64,000 nt of DNA from an uncultured Clostridia bacterium (GTDB taxonomy: Bacteria > Bacillota > Clostridia > Oscillospirales > CAG-272). The stretch spans positions 34,989-98,988 of the forward strand of contig CALYAD010000054.1 of the NCBI GenBank assembly GCA_944393415.1, in the 5' to 3' direction. This document shows, piece after piece, positions 45,828-55,766 of the stretch. Position 1 is the stretch's first letter. Each line of letters opens with the position of its first letter. The notes beneath the pieces are model-generated. The model made no database searches and was not told the origin of the DNA. It was given only the letters and a program-made list of their open reading frames with translations. The position numbers and the translations under genes are program-made.

Positions 45828-46733
45828 ATGGAGAAAAATAATCTGTTCGATCTCCACTGTGATACCTTAGGGGTACTGTACCGCTCAGGACGGGAAGGCT
45901 GCGAAATCAAAACGCAGCTTGATATTGAAAAATGCGCGAAAAGCTTCCGCGCCTATTCCCAGGTTTTCGCTGTATATTCTCCCGACCGTCTCAGCCCGTC
46001 CGAGGCATGGGACAATTTTATTTATACCCGCGACAAAATATCATCTCATAAATTCCCCGAAAACGTTACCCCATATCTGTCAATAGAAGGCGGAAAGCTG
46101 CTTGACGGGAAATATGAGAGACTTGACACGATAAAAAACTCGGGAGTGTGCATACTAACTCTTGTGTGGGGAGGAATATGCTGCGTGGGCGGCGCTCACG
46201 GAACGGATACCGGATTTACCGATTTCGGCAGAGACGTTCTTCGCTACTGTCTGGAAAACGGTATAGTTCCCGATGTTTCGCACGCCTCTGACAAAATGTT
46301 CCGGGAAACCGCGGAAATATGTAAAAAATACTCAAAGCCCTTTATCGCGTCTCATTCCTGCAGCCGCGCGATCCGCAAACACACCCGGAATCTTACCGAC
46401 GATATGTTTAAATCCGTCGCCGAAAGCGGCGGAATAGTCGGGATAAGTCTCGCCCCGTCTCATCTCAGCGCCTCAGGCAACGCCGACGCTGGCAACGTCG
46501 TGCGTCATATAAAACACTTCCTTTCGCTCGGTTATGAAAGCGCGGTCGCGCTCGGCTGCGATTATGATGGGATAGAAACGCCGCCCACGGGACTTGAAAG
46601 CCCGGAAAGACTGGCGGAATTCAAAACCCTGCTGAAAGCAAACGGTATAAGCGACGCCACAGCGGACGGTATATTCTATAACAACGCGCGCGCGTTTTTT
46701 GAGACCAACAATATAAAACCGATAAACGCGTAA
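45828..46733 (+). CDS. Membrane dipeptidase (peptidase M19 family)
   Basis: The FDLHCDT N-terminal metal motif, DVSHAS and an overall TIM-barrel amidohydrolase pattern. Confidence 0.8.
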   Translation: MEKNNLFDLHCDTLGVLYRSGREGCEIKTQLDIEKCAKSFRAYSQVFAVYSPDRLSPSEAWDNFIYTRDKISSHKFPENVTPYLSIEGGKLLDGKYERLDTIKNSGVCILTLVWGGICCVGGAHGTDTGFTDFGRDVLRYCLENGIVPDVSHASDKMFRETAEICKKYSKPFIASHSCSRAIRKHTRNLTDDMFKSVAESGGIVGISLAPSHLSASGNADAGNVVRHIKHFLSLGYESAVALGCDYDGIETPPTGLESPERLAEFKTLLKANGISDATADGIFYNNARAFFETNNIKPINA

Positions 46734-46750
46734 GCTGATCGCCGAATAAA

Positions 46751-46831
46751 CCGGATTGAAAAAATTTCCCCCTTAAACCCGGAAAATCATATCAAAAGTT
46801 CCCTTCCCGATCGTAAAAATTTTCAGGAAAT
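46751..46831. repeat. Mosaic intergenic repeat copy (degenerate)
   Basis: Contains a half hairpin TTGAAAAAATTTCCCCCTTA and CAAAAGTTCCCTTCC modules. Confidence 0.5.
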
Positions 46832-46902
46832 AAAAAGCTCAGGTAATCTTTATTCCCAGGCGCGACGGATATTAAGCCGCATACACCATACTTAACGCCG
46901 CC

Positions 46903-49302
46903 ATGAGCACAAGAAAGGAATGTCTTAAATTGTCAGACTTCAGAAAAGCGATTAAAACACTTGAATTCGATAAAATAACCGACCTGCTTTCCGGCTGCGC
47001 GCATACCGAAGGAGCGAAAATTATGGCTAAGCAGCTGGTCCCGGAGACCGATATCGTCCGTGTAAAACGAATGCAGGACGAGACAGCAGCCGCTAAATAC
47101 CTTATAGCGAAAAAAAATTTCCCGCCCTTCGGAGCGGTCAGGGACATCGGAGACGCGGTCGAAAGAGCCGCCAAAAGCTCCACGCTTTCCCCGTCAGAGC
47201 TGCTCGATATTGCGGGAGTACTTCGCACCTCACGTTCGCTTCTTGACTATATAGAAAACGATCCAGCGGATGAGACGCCGATAGACGGTATATTCCGGCG
47301 GCTGATACCCAACCGTTTTCTTGAGGAAAAGATATTCCGTTCACTTCCCGTCGAGGACTTTGTGGCGGACGAGGCAAGCCCCGCGCTTGCCGATCTGAGA
47401 AGAAGGATAAGACACGCTCAAAGCTCGGTGCGGGAAACTCTTCAGAAATACATTTCCGGGAGCTACTCAAAATATCTTCAGGAAAGCATAGTCACAGTGC
47501 GGAACGGCCGCTTTGTCATACCGGTGCGCGCGGAATATAAAAACGAGATAAAAGGTCTGATACACGATACCTCCTCCACGGGAGCCACCGTGTTTATCGA
47601 ACCGTACGGCGTAGTCGAGGCAAACAATGATCTGCGCGAGCTCGAAGGCAAGGAAAAACAGGAGATAGAACGGGTGCTTTCCGCGCTGTCTGCCGAATGC
47701 GCTCAATTCGGCGACACCATACGTCTGAATTACGGTAATATCACTCTGCTCGCGTTTATATTCGCGAAAGCGGAGCTCGCCATTAAGCTCTCGGCCTGCG
47801 CCCCTGATATCACAAACAAAAAGCTGATTTCACTTGAAAAAGCCAGACATCCCCTGCTTGACAAAAACACGGTGGTCCCCATCACCGTTTCACTCGGAAC
47901 GGAATATGACATGCTCGTCATAACCGGTCCCAACACCGGCGGAAAAACGGTTTCTCTCAAGACCATCGGACTTTTCGCTCTTATGGCTCAGTCGGGGCTG
48001 CAGCTTCCGTGCTCGCGGGCGGAGACCGGGGTGTTTTCCGAGATTCTTGCCGATATAGGCGATGAGCAGAGCATCGAGCAGTCGCTTTCCACCTTTTCCG
48101 CCCACATGGTAAATATTCTCGATATCCTGGGCAGCATCACGGAAAGCAGCCTTGTGCTGTTTGACGAGCTTGGAGCGGGAACCGATCCCGTAGAAGGAGC
48201 GGCGCTGGCGATCTCCGTGCTTGAGGAGATACGCTCGTATCACGCGCTCTGCGCGGCGACCACCCACTATTCCGAGCTAAAGGAATACGCCGTCAACACG
48301 GAAAGGGTCACAAACGCCGGCTGCGAATTCGATATCGAAACACTAAAACCCACCTACCGTCTTATTATAGGCGCTCCGGGACGTTCAAACGCCTTCGCGA
48401 TCTCCGAAAAGCTGGGGCTTCCGAAACGGATACTTCAGCGTGCGGAAAATTTCGTAAGCTCGGAAAACCGACGTCTCGAGGACGTAATATCAGGTCTTGA
48501 CAAGCAAAGAATAGAGCTTGACAGAATGCGCGCCGAGCTGGAGGAGGAAAAGAAGAATTTTGCCGAATACGAAAAGGAAAAAAGAGATTATATAGAAGAA
48601 CTGAGCGACCGCACTTACCGTGACGCTCAGAACCTCCGCCAGCAGGCGGCAAGAATGATAGAAAGCGCGAAGGCCTCCAGCGCGTTCGTTTTCGACAAGC
48701 TCGACCGACTTCAGAAGCAAAAAACCTCCGAGCAGACAAGAACTCAGCTTGAGGAGGCGCGCGACGAAATCCGGCGCACCCTGCGGAAAAGCGAAAACGA
48801 AATGGTTTCGGCAAGCCGCGCGGACGCCGAGGAATACACCCCGGACCGTCCGTTCAAAGCCGGAGACGAGGTGATTATTTACAGCATCGGCAAACGCGGG
48901 GTGCTTCTGAAGTCACCCGACAAGGACGGCAACGTTACGGTAAGAGCCGGGATTATGACGACAAAAACCACCGTGGACAACCTTCGCCATGTAAAAGACG
49001 AAGCCCCGAGGCCCAAAAAGTCCGGGGCCGTAACGAAAGCCCTTGCCAAAAAGCACTTCCGAGCCGAGGTAGACCTGCGCGGAATGACCGGAGACGAGGC
49101 ATGGAGCGTCGTTGACAAATACATCGACGACGCTGTGATCGCGGGAGTCTATACGGTAACGCTCATACACGGAAAGGGCACCGGAGCCCTCAGAGCGGCG
49201 CTGTGGAGATTTCTTAAGGCGGATAAGCGGATCGCGGACTTCCGAGCCGGAATGTACGGCGAGGGCGACTACGGTGTTACGGTTGTCGAGATAAAACACT
49301 GA
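46903..49302 (+). CDS. mutS2: Endonuclease MutS2
   Basis: 799 aa with Walker A GPNTGGKTV, a long coiled-coil and a C-terminal Smr domain (LRGMTGDEA...IHGKGTGALR). Confidence 0.95.
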   Translation: MSTRKECLKLSDFRKAIKTLEFDKITDLLSGCAHTEGAKIMAKQLVPETDIVRVKRMQDETAAAKYLIAKKNFPPFGAVRDIGDAVERAAKSSTLSPSELLDIAGVLRTSRSLLDYIENDPADETPIDGIFRRLIPNRFLEEKIFRSLPVEDFVADEASPALADLRRRIRHAQSSVRETLQKYISGSYSKYLQESIVTVRNGRFVIPVRAEYKNEIKGLIHDTSSTGATVFIEPYGVVEANNDLRELEGKEKQEIERVLSALSAECAQFGDTIRLNYGNITLLAFIFAKAELAIKLSACAPDITNKKLISLEKARHPLLDKNTVVPITVSLGTEYDMLVITGPNTGGKTVSLKTIGLFALMAQSGLQLPCSRAETGVFSEILADIGDEQSIEQSLSTFSAHMVNILDILGSITESSLVLFDELGAGTDPVEGAALAISVLEEIRSYHALCAATTHYSELKEYAVNTERVTNAGCEFDIETLKPTYRLIIGAPGRSNAFAISEKLGLPKRILQRAENFVSSENRRLEDVISGLDKQRIELDRMRAELEEEKKNFAEYEKEKRDYIEELSDRTYRDAQNLRQQAARMIESAKASSAFVFDKLDRLQKQKTSEQTRTQLEEARDEIRRTLRKSENEMVSASRADAEEYTPDRPFKAGDEVIIYSIGKRGVLLKSPDKDGNVTVRAGIMTTKTTVDNLRHVKDEAPRPKKSGAVTKALAKKHFRAEVDLRGMTGDEAWSVVDKYIDDAVIAGVYTVTLIHGKGTGALRAALWRFLKADKRIADFRAGMYGEGDYGVTVVEIKH

Positions 49303-49340
49303 TATATCGGATTTTGACACCATCACGCCGCTTTTAGCTC

Positions 49341-49368
49341 TTGACTTATCATACCCGATGGGTATAAA
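49341..49368 (+). promoter_or_regulatory. Promoter of the rhamnose-catabolism genes with an embedded dyad
   Basis: TTGACT, 16 nt, TATAAA. The spacer and -10 contain the perfect 6-3-6 inverted repeat ATACCC-GAT-GGGTAT (49351-49365). Confidence 0.5.
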
Positions 49369-49409
49369 ATAAATATATAAAAATAAACCGGAAAGGCACG
49401 GTACAAAAA

Positions 49410-50255
49410 ATGGCTGTATTTGAACTCAGCGCGTTCACCGACGAATATTCACAGGATTTCCGTAAGCAGATCGAGGGAATGCTGAAAAACGGAATAAGGT
49501 ACACCGAGATCAGAGGCGTAAACGGAAAAAACATATCCGAGCTCTCGGTCTCAGAGGCAAAGGAGGTTAAAAAGCAGCTGGACGATAACGGGCTTGCGGT
49601 ATGGTCGGTAGGCTCTCCTCTCGGGAAGATCAAGCTGACCGACGATATCGATAAGCACATTGAGCTGACCAAGCACGTGTGCGAGCTTGCCGGGATACTT
49701 GGGACACAGAATATACGGGTTTTCTCCTTTTACGTTCCGGATACCTCCGATATCGCTCCCTACAGAAGTCAGGTAATCGATAATATGGGAAGGATGCTCG
49801 AGGCCTCAAGACCGTACGGCTGCCTCCTCTGCCATGAAAACGAAAAAGGCATCTACGGCGAAAAGACCGAGGGCTGTCTCGATATTATGGAGACCTTCGG
49901 CGGCGGATATAAGTGTATCTTCGACCCCGCAAATTTCGTACAGGCGGATGTATGCACTTACCCCGACGCCTTTGAGAAGCTCGGAAGCTACATATACTAT
50001 ATGCATATCAAGGACTGCCGTGAAAACAAAACGATAGCTCCCGCCGGAAAGGGTATCGGAAAAATACCGGAGATACTTAAAGAGCTTGACAAGCGCGACG
50101 GGCGGATAGTTCTGACCGTGGAACCGCACCTGCGGGTCTTCGCAGGGCTTGAAAAGCTGGAGAGCAACGAAAACGCCACCGAGATAATCGACCAGTACCC
50201 GACAAGCGAGGACGCTTTCAACGCCGCGGTCGACGCAATAAAATCACTGCTATAA
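49410..50255 (+). CDS. Sugar phosphate isomerase/epimerase (xylose-isomerase-like TIM barrel)
   Basis: 281 aa of AP-endonuclease-2/TIM-barrel family character (CHENE, EPH motifs). It sits directly upstream of rhaB. Confidence 0.8.
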   Translation: MAVFELSAFTDEYSQDFRKQIEGMLKNGIRYTEIRGVNGKNISELSVSEAKEVKKQLDDNGLAVWSVGSPLGKIKLTDDIDKHIELTKHVCELAGILGTQNIRVFSFYVPDTSDIAPYRSQVIDNMGRMLEASRPYGCLLCHENEKGIYGEKTEGCLDIMETFGGGYKCIFDPANFVQADVCTYPDAFEKLGSYIYYMHIKDCRENKTIAPAGKGIGKIPEILKELDKRDGRIVLTVEPHLRVFAGLEKLESNENATEIIDQYPTSEDAFNAAVDAIKSLL

Positions 50256-50271
50256 GAAAGGAACCGGAAAA

Positions 50272-51744
50272 ATGTCAGAGCTGAAAATGCTTGCAATAGA
50301 CCTCGGAGCAACAAGCGGACGCGGTATAGTCGGCTCCTTCGACGGGAATAAGCTGACGCTGAGTGAAAAGCACCGTTTTGACGACACCTCCTCCTTTGTG
50401 GCCGGTACGCTCACATGGAACATAATCGACATATTCGAAAATATCAAAACGGCTATCCGCCTTGCCGGACAGGATATAATAAGCGTCGGTATAGACACAT
50501 GGGGCGTGGATTACGGTCTGATCGGGCCGGACGGAAGACTGCTCGGCTGTCCGGTCAACTACCGCGACCTCCGTACAACGGGTATACCGGAGTACGCCGA
50601 AAGCCTCATGAGTAAAAAAGAGCTGTACTCGGTTACCGGGATACAGTTCATGAATTTCAACACACTGTACCAGCTTATCGCGGAAATAAGAGCGAACCCG
50701 AAGCTGCTCGACGCCGCCTCGAGGCTTCTTATGATCCCTGATCTGCTTAATTATTTTCTCACCGGGGAAATGTGCAGCGAATACACCAACGCCACCACCG
50801 GCGCGTTCGTCGACGCGAGAACCGGAAATTGGGCATATGACGTTTTGAAAGCGCACGGAATTCCCACGCATATATTCGGAAAGATAGTCCCCCCCGGAAC
50901 GAGAGTGGGAAAGCTGAGCGCTCAGGTAAGGCAGGAGGTCGGGGAGACCGACGCGGATATCGTTACCGTCGCTTCCCATGACACCGCCTCCGCCATCATG
51001 GCCGTACCGGCTAAGGGTAATGATTTCGTCTACATAAGCTCCGGCACCTGGTCGCTTATGGGCACGGAGCTTACCGCCCCGCTTCTTTCAGAGCAGTCCT
51101 TTGAATACGAGTTTACCAACGAGGGCGGTGCGGAAAACCGCATATGCTTCCTCAAAAATATAATGGGACTGTGGATACATACGGAGTGCAGAAGGGATTT
51201 CTCGCGTCAGGACGGATACAAGACCTCATACGACGAGCTCGCGGCGTTAGGTGAAAAAAGCGAGCCCATGCGTTCGCTTATAGACCCGGACGACGCGGTG
51301 TTCACACCTCCCGGAAATATGACCGGGCGTATCGCGGATTACTGCCGCCGCACCTCTCAGCCGATCCCGGAGACCAAGGGACAGTTCGTTCGCTGCGTCT
51401 TTGACAGTCTGGCGCTGAGATATCGCTGTACACTCGAAAAAATAGAGCGTCTGTCCGGTAAAAAGACGCCGTTTATAAACATTATCGGCGGAGGCGCAAA
51501 GGAGACTCTGCTCTGCCAATTTACAGCGGACGCCTGCGGTATTCCTGTGTACGCCGGTCCTGAGGAAGCTACCGCCATAGGTAATCTGGCATCGCAGGCG
51601 ATCGCGGCAGGAGAGCTGAAAGATCTTGCCCAGGCAAGGGAAATGGTACGCGCTTCATTCGACGTAGTCACGTACGAGCCGGATCCCGCATCGAAAGCCA
51701 TGTGGGACGCCGGATACGAAAAATTCCTTAAGCTTACAAACTGA
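50272..51744 (+). CDS. rhaB: Rhamnulokinase (FGGY family)
   Basis: AIDLGATSGRG N-terminus, FGGY motifs and adjacency to rhaA. Confidence 0.88.
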   Translation: MSELKMLAIDLGATSGRGIVGSFDGNKLTLSEKHRFDDTSSFVAGTLTWNIIDIFENIKTAIRLAGQDIISVGIDTWGVDYGLIGPDGRLLGCPVNYRDLRTTGIPEYAESLMSKKELYSVTGIQFMNFNTLYQLIAEIRANPKLLDAASRLLMIPDLLNYFLTGEMCSEYTNATTGAFVDARTGNWAYDVLKAHGIPTHIFGKIVPPGTRVGKLSAQVRQEVGETDADIVTVASHDTASAIMAVPAKGNDFVYISSGTWSLMGTELTAPLLSEQSFEYEFTNEGGAENRICFLKNIMGLWIHTECRRDFSRQDGYKTSYDELAALGEKSEPMRSLIDPDDAVFTPPGNMTGRIADYCRRTSQPIPETKGQFVRCVFDSLALRYRCTLEKIERLSGKKTPFINIIGGGAKETLLCQFTADACGIPVYAGPEEATAIGNLASQAIAAGELKDLAQAREMVRASFDVVTYEPDPASKAMWDAGYEKFLKLTN

Positions 51745-51786
51745 TCAAACGTATCAAAACAAAAACAGAAAGGTAAAAACGATATC

Positions 51787-53040
51787 ATGAACACAAAAGA
51801 ACTATATGAAGCCGCTCGCGAAATATACTCAAAATACGGCGTTGACACGGATGCGGCGATAAAAAAGGTTGCAAAGATCCCGATCTCCATACACTGCTGG
51901 CAGGGCGACGACATAAACGGATTCGAAAATCCGGACGGTGCGCTCACGGGCGGTATCCAGGTAACCGGAAACTATCCCGGAAAGGCACGCTCAATAGACG
52001 AGCTTCGCGCGGACTTTGATAAGGCCGCCTCCCTGATCCCGGGGACCAAGCGCATCAGCCTTCACGCGATATATCTTGACGCCGGCGGTGAAAAGGTCAG
52101 CCGTGAAAAAATAGCCCCGAGGCATTTTGATTCCTGGATAGACTGGGCAAAGGAAAGAAATTACGGAATAGACTATAACCCCACTTGCTTTTCCCACCCT
52201 ATGAGCGCTGACGGAATGACCATCAGCCACCCGGATAAAAATGTCCGCGACTTCTGGATAGAGCACTGCATCGGCTCAAGAAAAATAGCCGCTTACATAG
52301 GCGAAAAGCTCGGAAAAACCGTTATAACCAATTTCTGGATGCCTGACGGATATAAGGATATCCCCGCCGACCGTTACGGCGCGCGTCTGCGTATGAAGGA
52401 GTCGTATGACGAGATATTCCGTGAAAAAATCGATGAAAAATTCAATAAGGATTCTATAGAAAGCAAGGTATTCGGTATCGGCGCGGAAAGCTGTACCATG
52501 GGCTCCGGCGAATTCTGCCTCGGCTACGCGGCAAAGAACGACAAGCTGCTTACCCTCGACACCGGTCACTTCCATCCCACCGAGGTGGTGTCCGACAAAA
52601 TATCCTCCACCCTGCTCTTTTTAAAGGAAATACTTCTGCACGTTTCAAGACCGGTTCGCTGGGACTCCGACCACGTCGTTATTTTCGACGACGAGCTTCG
52701 CGCCATAGCCTGCGAGATACTGCGCGGAGATTTCACCGAAAGAGTTCATATAGGACTCGACTTTTTCGACGGCTCTATAAACCGCATAGCCGCCTGGACG
52801 ATCGGTACCCGCTCGATGCAGAAGGCCCTTCTTTACGCCGCGCTTGAGCCTTCCGATACGCTTAAAAAATACGAGCTTGATGGCAATTATACCTCCCGAC
52901 TTGCGCTGATGGAGGAGCTTAAGACGCTTCCCTTCTCCGCCGTCTGGGATATGTACTGCGAAATCGAAAATGTTCCGGTGCGCTCCGCGTGGCTTGAGGA
53001 GGTAAAGAAATATGAAAAGGAAGTCCTATCAAAACGCTGA
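51787..53040 (+). CDS. rhaA: L-rhamnose isomerase
   Basis: 417 aa with IHCWQGDD and DTGHFHPTE metal-site motifs. Confidence 0.93.
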   Translation: MNTKELYEAAREIYSKYGVDTDAAIKKVAKIPISIHCWQGDDINGFENPDGALTGGIQVTGNYPGKARSIDELRADFDKAASLIPGTKRISLHAIYLDAGGEKVSREKIAPRHFDSWIDWAKERNYGIDYNPTCFSHPMSADGMTISHPDKNVRDFWIEHCIGSRKIAAYIGEKLGKTVITNFWMPDGYKDIPADRYGARLRMKESYDEIFREKIDEKFNKDSIESKVFGIGAESCTMGSGEFCLGYAAKNDKLLTLDTGHFHPTEVVSDKISSTLLFLKEILLHVSRPVRWDSDHVVIFDDELRAIACEILRGDFTERVHIGLDFFDGSINRIAAWTIGTRSMQKALLYAALEPSDTLKKYELDGNYTSRLALMEELKTLPFSAVWDMYCEIENVPVRSAWLEEVKKYEKEVLSKR

Positions 53041-53140
53041 AGCTCAGGTTTCTTCGGGTTTAAATAAGAAAAATATGTGAAAAACCTGTACTCTGACACG
53101 ATCAAATATAAATTTCACGTTATGAAAGGAAGCCTCCGGA

Positions 53141-54097
53141 ATGGATGAGCTGATATTTTCACTGAACATAGTCCTGCCGCTTCTGCTGCTCGCCCTATGC
53201 GGCTTTATGTTAAAAAAGACCGCGATTCTTCACGACGGTTTTTATCAGGCGGCGGAAAAGCTGGTTTTCAAGGTCGCTTTGCCATGCAGCCTGTTTCTGA
53301 ACGTCTATGACGCCAAGCCGGAGGAGACATTTGACTCCCGACTGATAATTTTCTGCGTCGCGGGTATCGCCGCAACATTTATACTCCCGTGCCTGATCGT
53401 CCCGGTATTTATCAAAAGAGACGAAACGCGCGGCGCCTTCATACAGGGAGTATACCGTTCCAATTTCGCTATTTTAGGACTTCCGATAGCCGAAAGACTG
53501 TTTGGAGAAAGCGGAGCCGCGGTGGTAGGCACTGTCATGCCGTTTGCTATTCCGATGTTCAATATCTTCGCGGTCGTCATTCTCAGCGTTTTCGCCCCGA
53601 GTGAAAAAAAACTTACCGGTCTGCAAATAGTAAAAAAATCCGTACTCGGGATAATAACCAACCCTTTGATAATCGGTATCGTTCTCGCACTGCCGTTCAT
53701 GCTTACCGACCTGACTCTTCCTACGCCCGTTACGGCTACCGTTGATTACCTTGGAGGCATGTCCACACCGCTCGCGCTTCTCTGCCTCGGAGCCTCGATG
53801 GGAGGCGGTAAAACACATGGCAAATTTGCCGTCGCGCTGACCGCCTCGCTGCTGAAGGTCGCGGTGATCCCTGCCGCCGTCGTCGGGATCGCCATACTTT
53901 TCGGATTTACCGGCGTCCAGCTTGGCGTTATCTTTGTACTGTTCGGAGCGCCTACCGCCGTTTCAAGCTACATTATGGCAAAGAGCATGAAAAGCGATCA
54001 CGAGCTTGCGGGCGAGATATTGCTCCTGAGTACAGCGCTTTGCTCCGTGACTGTATTTTTAGGAATATATCTGCTTAAGACCTTTTCTCTTATATAG
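53141..54097 (+). CDS. AEC-family (auxin efflux carrier) transporter
   Basis: 318 aa, about 10 TM segments, AEC-like sequence. Confidence 0.85.
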   Translation: MDELIFSLNIVLPLLLLALCGFMLKKTAILHDGFYQAAEKLVFKVALPCSLFLNVYDAKPEETFDSRLIIFCVAGIAATFILPCLIVPVFIKRDETRGAFIQGVYRSNFAILGLPIAERLFGESGAAVVGTVMPFAIPMFNIFAVVILSVFAPSEKKLTGLQIVKKSVLGIITNPLIIGIVLALPFMLTDLTLPTPVTATVDYLGGMSTPLALLCLGASMGGGKTHGKFAVALTASLLKVAVIPAAVVGIAILFGFTGVQLGVIFVLFGAPTAVSSYIMAKSMKSDHELAGEILLLSTALCSVTVFLGIYLLKTFSLI

Positions 54098-54105
54098 TTC
54101 TTCTT

Positions 54106-54214
54106 TTCAGAAACCCTTTTTGGAAAAAGTGTTTCTGAAACTTCCCCAAAATTTTTCTTGCTTTCAGCCTCTTTACAGACATACACCTTTTCAGAGAAGT
54201 TTCAGAAAGTTTGC
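54106..54214. repeat. Mosaic repeat copy (hairpin TTCAGAAACCCTTTTTGGAAAAAGTGTTTCTGAA at 54106-54139)
   Basis: One-mismatch hairpin 9 nt after the AEC gene stop, followed by the CTTCCCCAAAATTTTTC module. Confidence 0.75.
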
Positions 54215-54278
54215 ACCTTAAGAATCTTCAAAAAAACTTATTACAAACATATAAGCTAAAGAAAGGAAGTTTACCATT

Positions 54279-55319
54279 ATGATAAATCTTGAAAAAGAGA
54301 TCCGCGAGCAGCCCGATACGCTTAGAAAATTAAAGGAGACTGCGCTTCCGATGATAAAAAAGGCGGTCTCCGAGGCCAAGAGGCGCGACGTAAAGTACAT
54401 ATATCTTGCCGCCCGCGGCACATCCGACCATGCCTGCATTTATGCTCAGTATCTTTTCCAGACTGAGATCGGGCTTCCCTGTGCGCTTGCCACGCCCTCG
54501 GTACTCACCAAGTACAAAGGCAAGCTATGTTTAAAAGGCGCGCTTGTGATCGGGGTGTCCCAGTCCGGCGCCGCCGAGGACGTGATGGCTGTGCTTAACC
54601 GCGCGAAAGAGTGCGGAGCGATGACCATAGGTATCACAAATACCGAGGGTTCTCTTGTAGCAAATATTGCCGACTATCATATCTATCTCGGTGTCGGAAA
54701 GGAAAACAGTATCGCCGCCACAAAGACATTTACCGCACAGCTCGCCGTAATGACGCTTCTTTGCGCCGAATGGACTGATAACAAAGAACTGCTTGATAAT
54801 TATGATAAGCTTCCCGCCGCGGCAAAGACACTGCTTGACACCCTCCCTCCTCAGCTCGAGGGTATGATAACCGATTTCAAGGAGCTTGACAGCGGCGTTG
54901 TACTCGGAAGAGGCTTTAATTATCCGATAGCCCTCGAGGGCGCTCTGAAAATAATGGAAACAAGCAAGATAAATATGCGCGGTTATTCAATGTCGGACTT
55001 TTATCACGGTCCGTTCGCGCAGCTTACCTACGGCGGTACGGTCTTTTTGCTTGCTTCCGACGGGGTTATGTACGATGACGCAAAGGCTGTGCTCGCCAAG
55101 CTTCACACCACCCCCAGCCGCGTTGTGGTTGTCTCAGACAATCCCGAGATTCTCAGTGACTGCAGGTATGGGATAAAGATTCCGAACATGGGAAGCGATA
55201 TACTTTCTCCTTATATGTTCGTAATGACCATGCAGCTTTTTGCGCTTAAACTGACCGAAGTCAAAGGAATAGATCCCGATAAATCGGACGTCATAAAAAA
55301 AGTAACGGTGACAAAATAA
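54279..55319 (+). CDS. SIS-domain sugar-phosphate isomerase/deglycase (AgaS/FrlB/GlmS-isomerase-like)
   Basis: Two SIS repeats (LAARGTSDHA, GVSQSGAAEDV). Confidence 0.8.
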   Translation: MINLEKEIREQPDTLRKLKETALPMIKKAVSEAKRRDVKYIYLAARGTSDHACIYAQYLFQTEIGLPCALATPSVLTKYKGKLCLKGALVIGVSQSGAAEDVMAVLNRAKECGAMTIGITNTEGSLVANIADYHIYLGVGKENSIAATKTFTAQLAVMTLLCAEWTDNKELLDNYDKLPAAAKTLLDTLPPQLEGMITDFKELDSGVVLGRGFNYPIALEGALKIMETSKINMRGYSMSDFYHGPFAQLTYGGTVFLLASDGVMYDDAKAVLAKLHTTPSRVVVVSDNPEILSDCRYGIKIPNMGSDILSPYMFVMTMQLFALKLTEVKGIDPDKSDVIKKVTVTK

Positions 55320-55745
55320 TCCTCAGGGAAGCTTTTTATACCCCTCAAAAACTTCTCCGGCAGGAATATATAATTGGATTTGGATAAACGGAAAGAAACA
55401 TTTCCGCCTCCGGCTTTTGTAAGTTCAGAGCAGCCTGTGCGCCTCCCGGAGCTCCGCTGAGGTATGGAGAGAAGTCGGATACGTAGACGAAACCCCGCTT
55501 CGGGGCTTAAACAGACAAGCGTGAAACCGACTTAACGCTGATTTCATTCTGTCCCGCCTGATGAAATTCCCCGCAAACCTTTTCCGGAGAAGTTTCAGGA
55601 AGATCGTAAGAAACCCATTTTTCAAAAGGATTTCTTACTAAAATAGTTATCAGGGAAACTTTTTGAATAAGTTTCCCTGATAACCTTAAAACTTTGGAAG
55701 AAGCATCTCCGCCCGGTAAAATCATTCCTTATCCTTTTATAGAGA
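55320..55745. repeat. Largest composite copy of the mosaic repeat family (about 425 nt, fills the convergent intergenic region)
   Basis: It contains hairpins at 55606-55638 and 55648-55682, a CCCCG-CTT-CGGGG hairpin, and modules shared with 8740, 14335, 20560, 32850, 35440 and 62221. Confidence 0.8.
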
Positions 55746-55766
55746 AGTTCTTAAAGCATTATTTCC

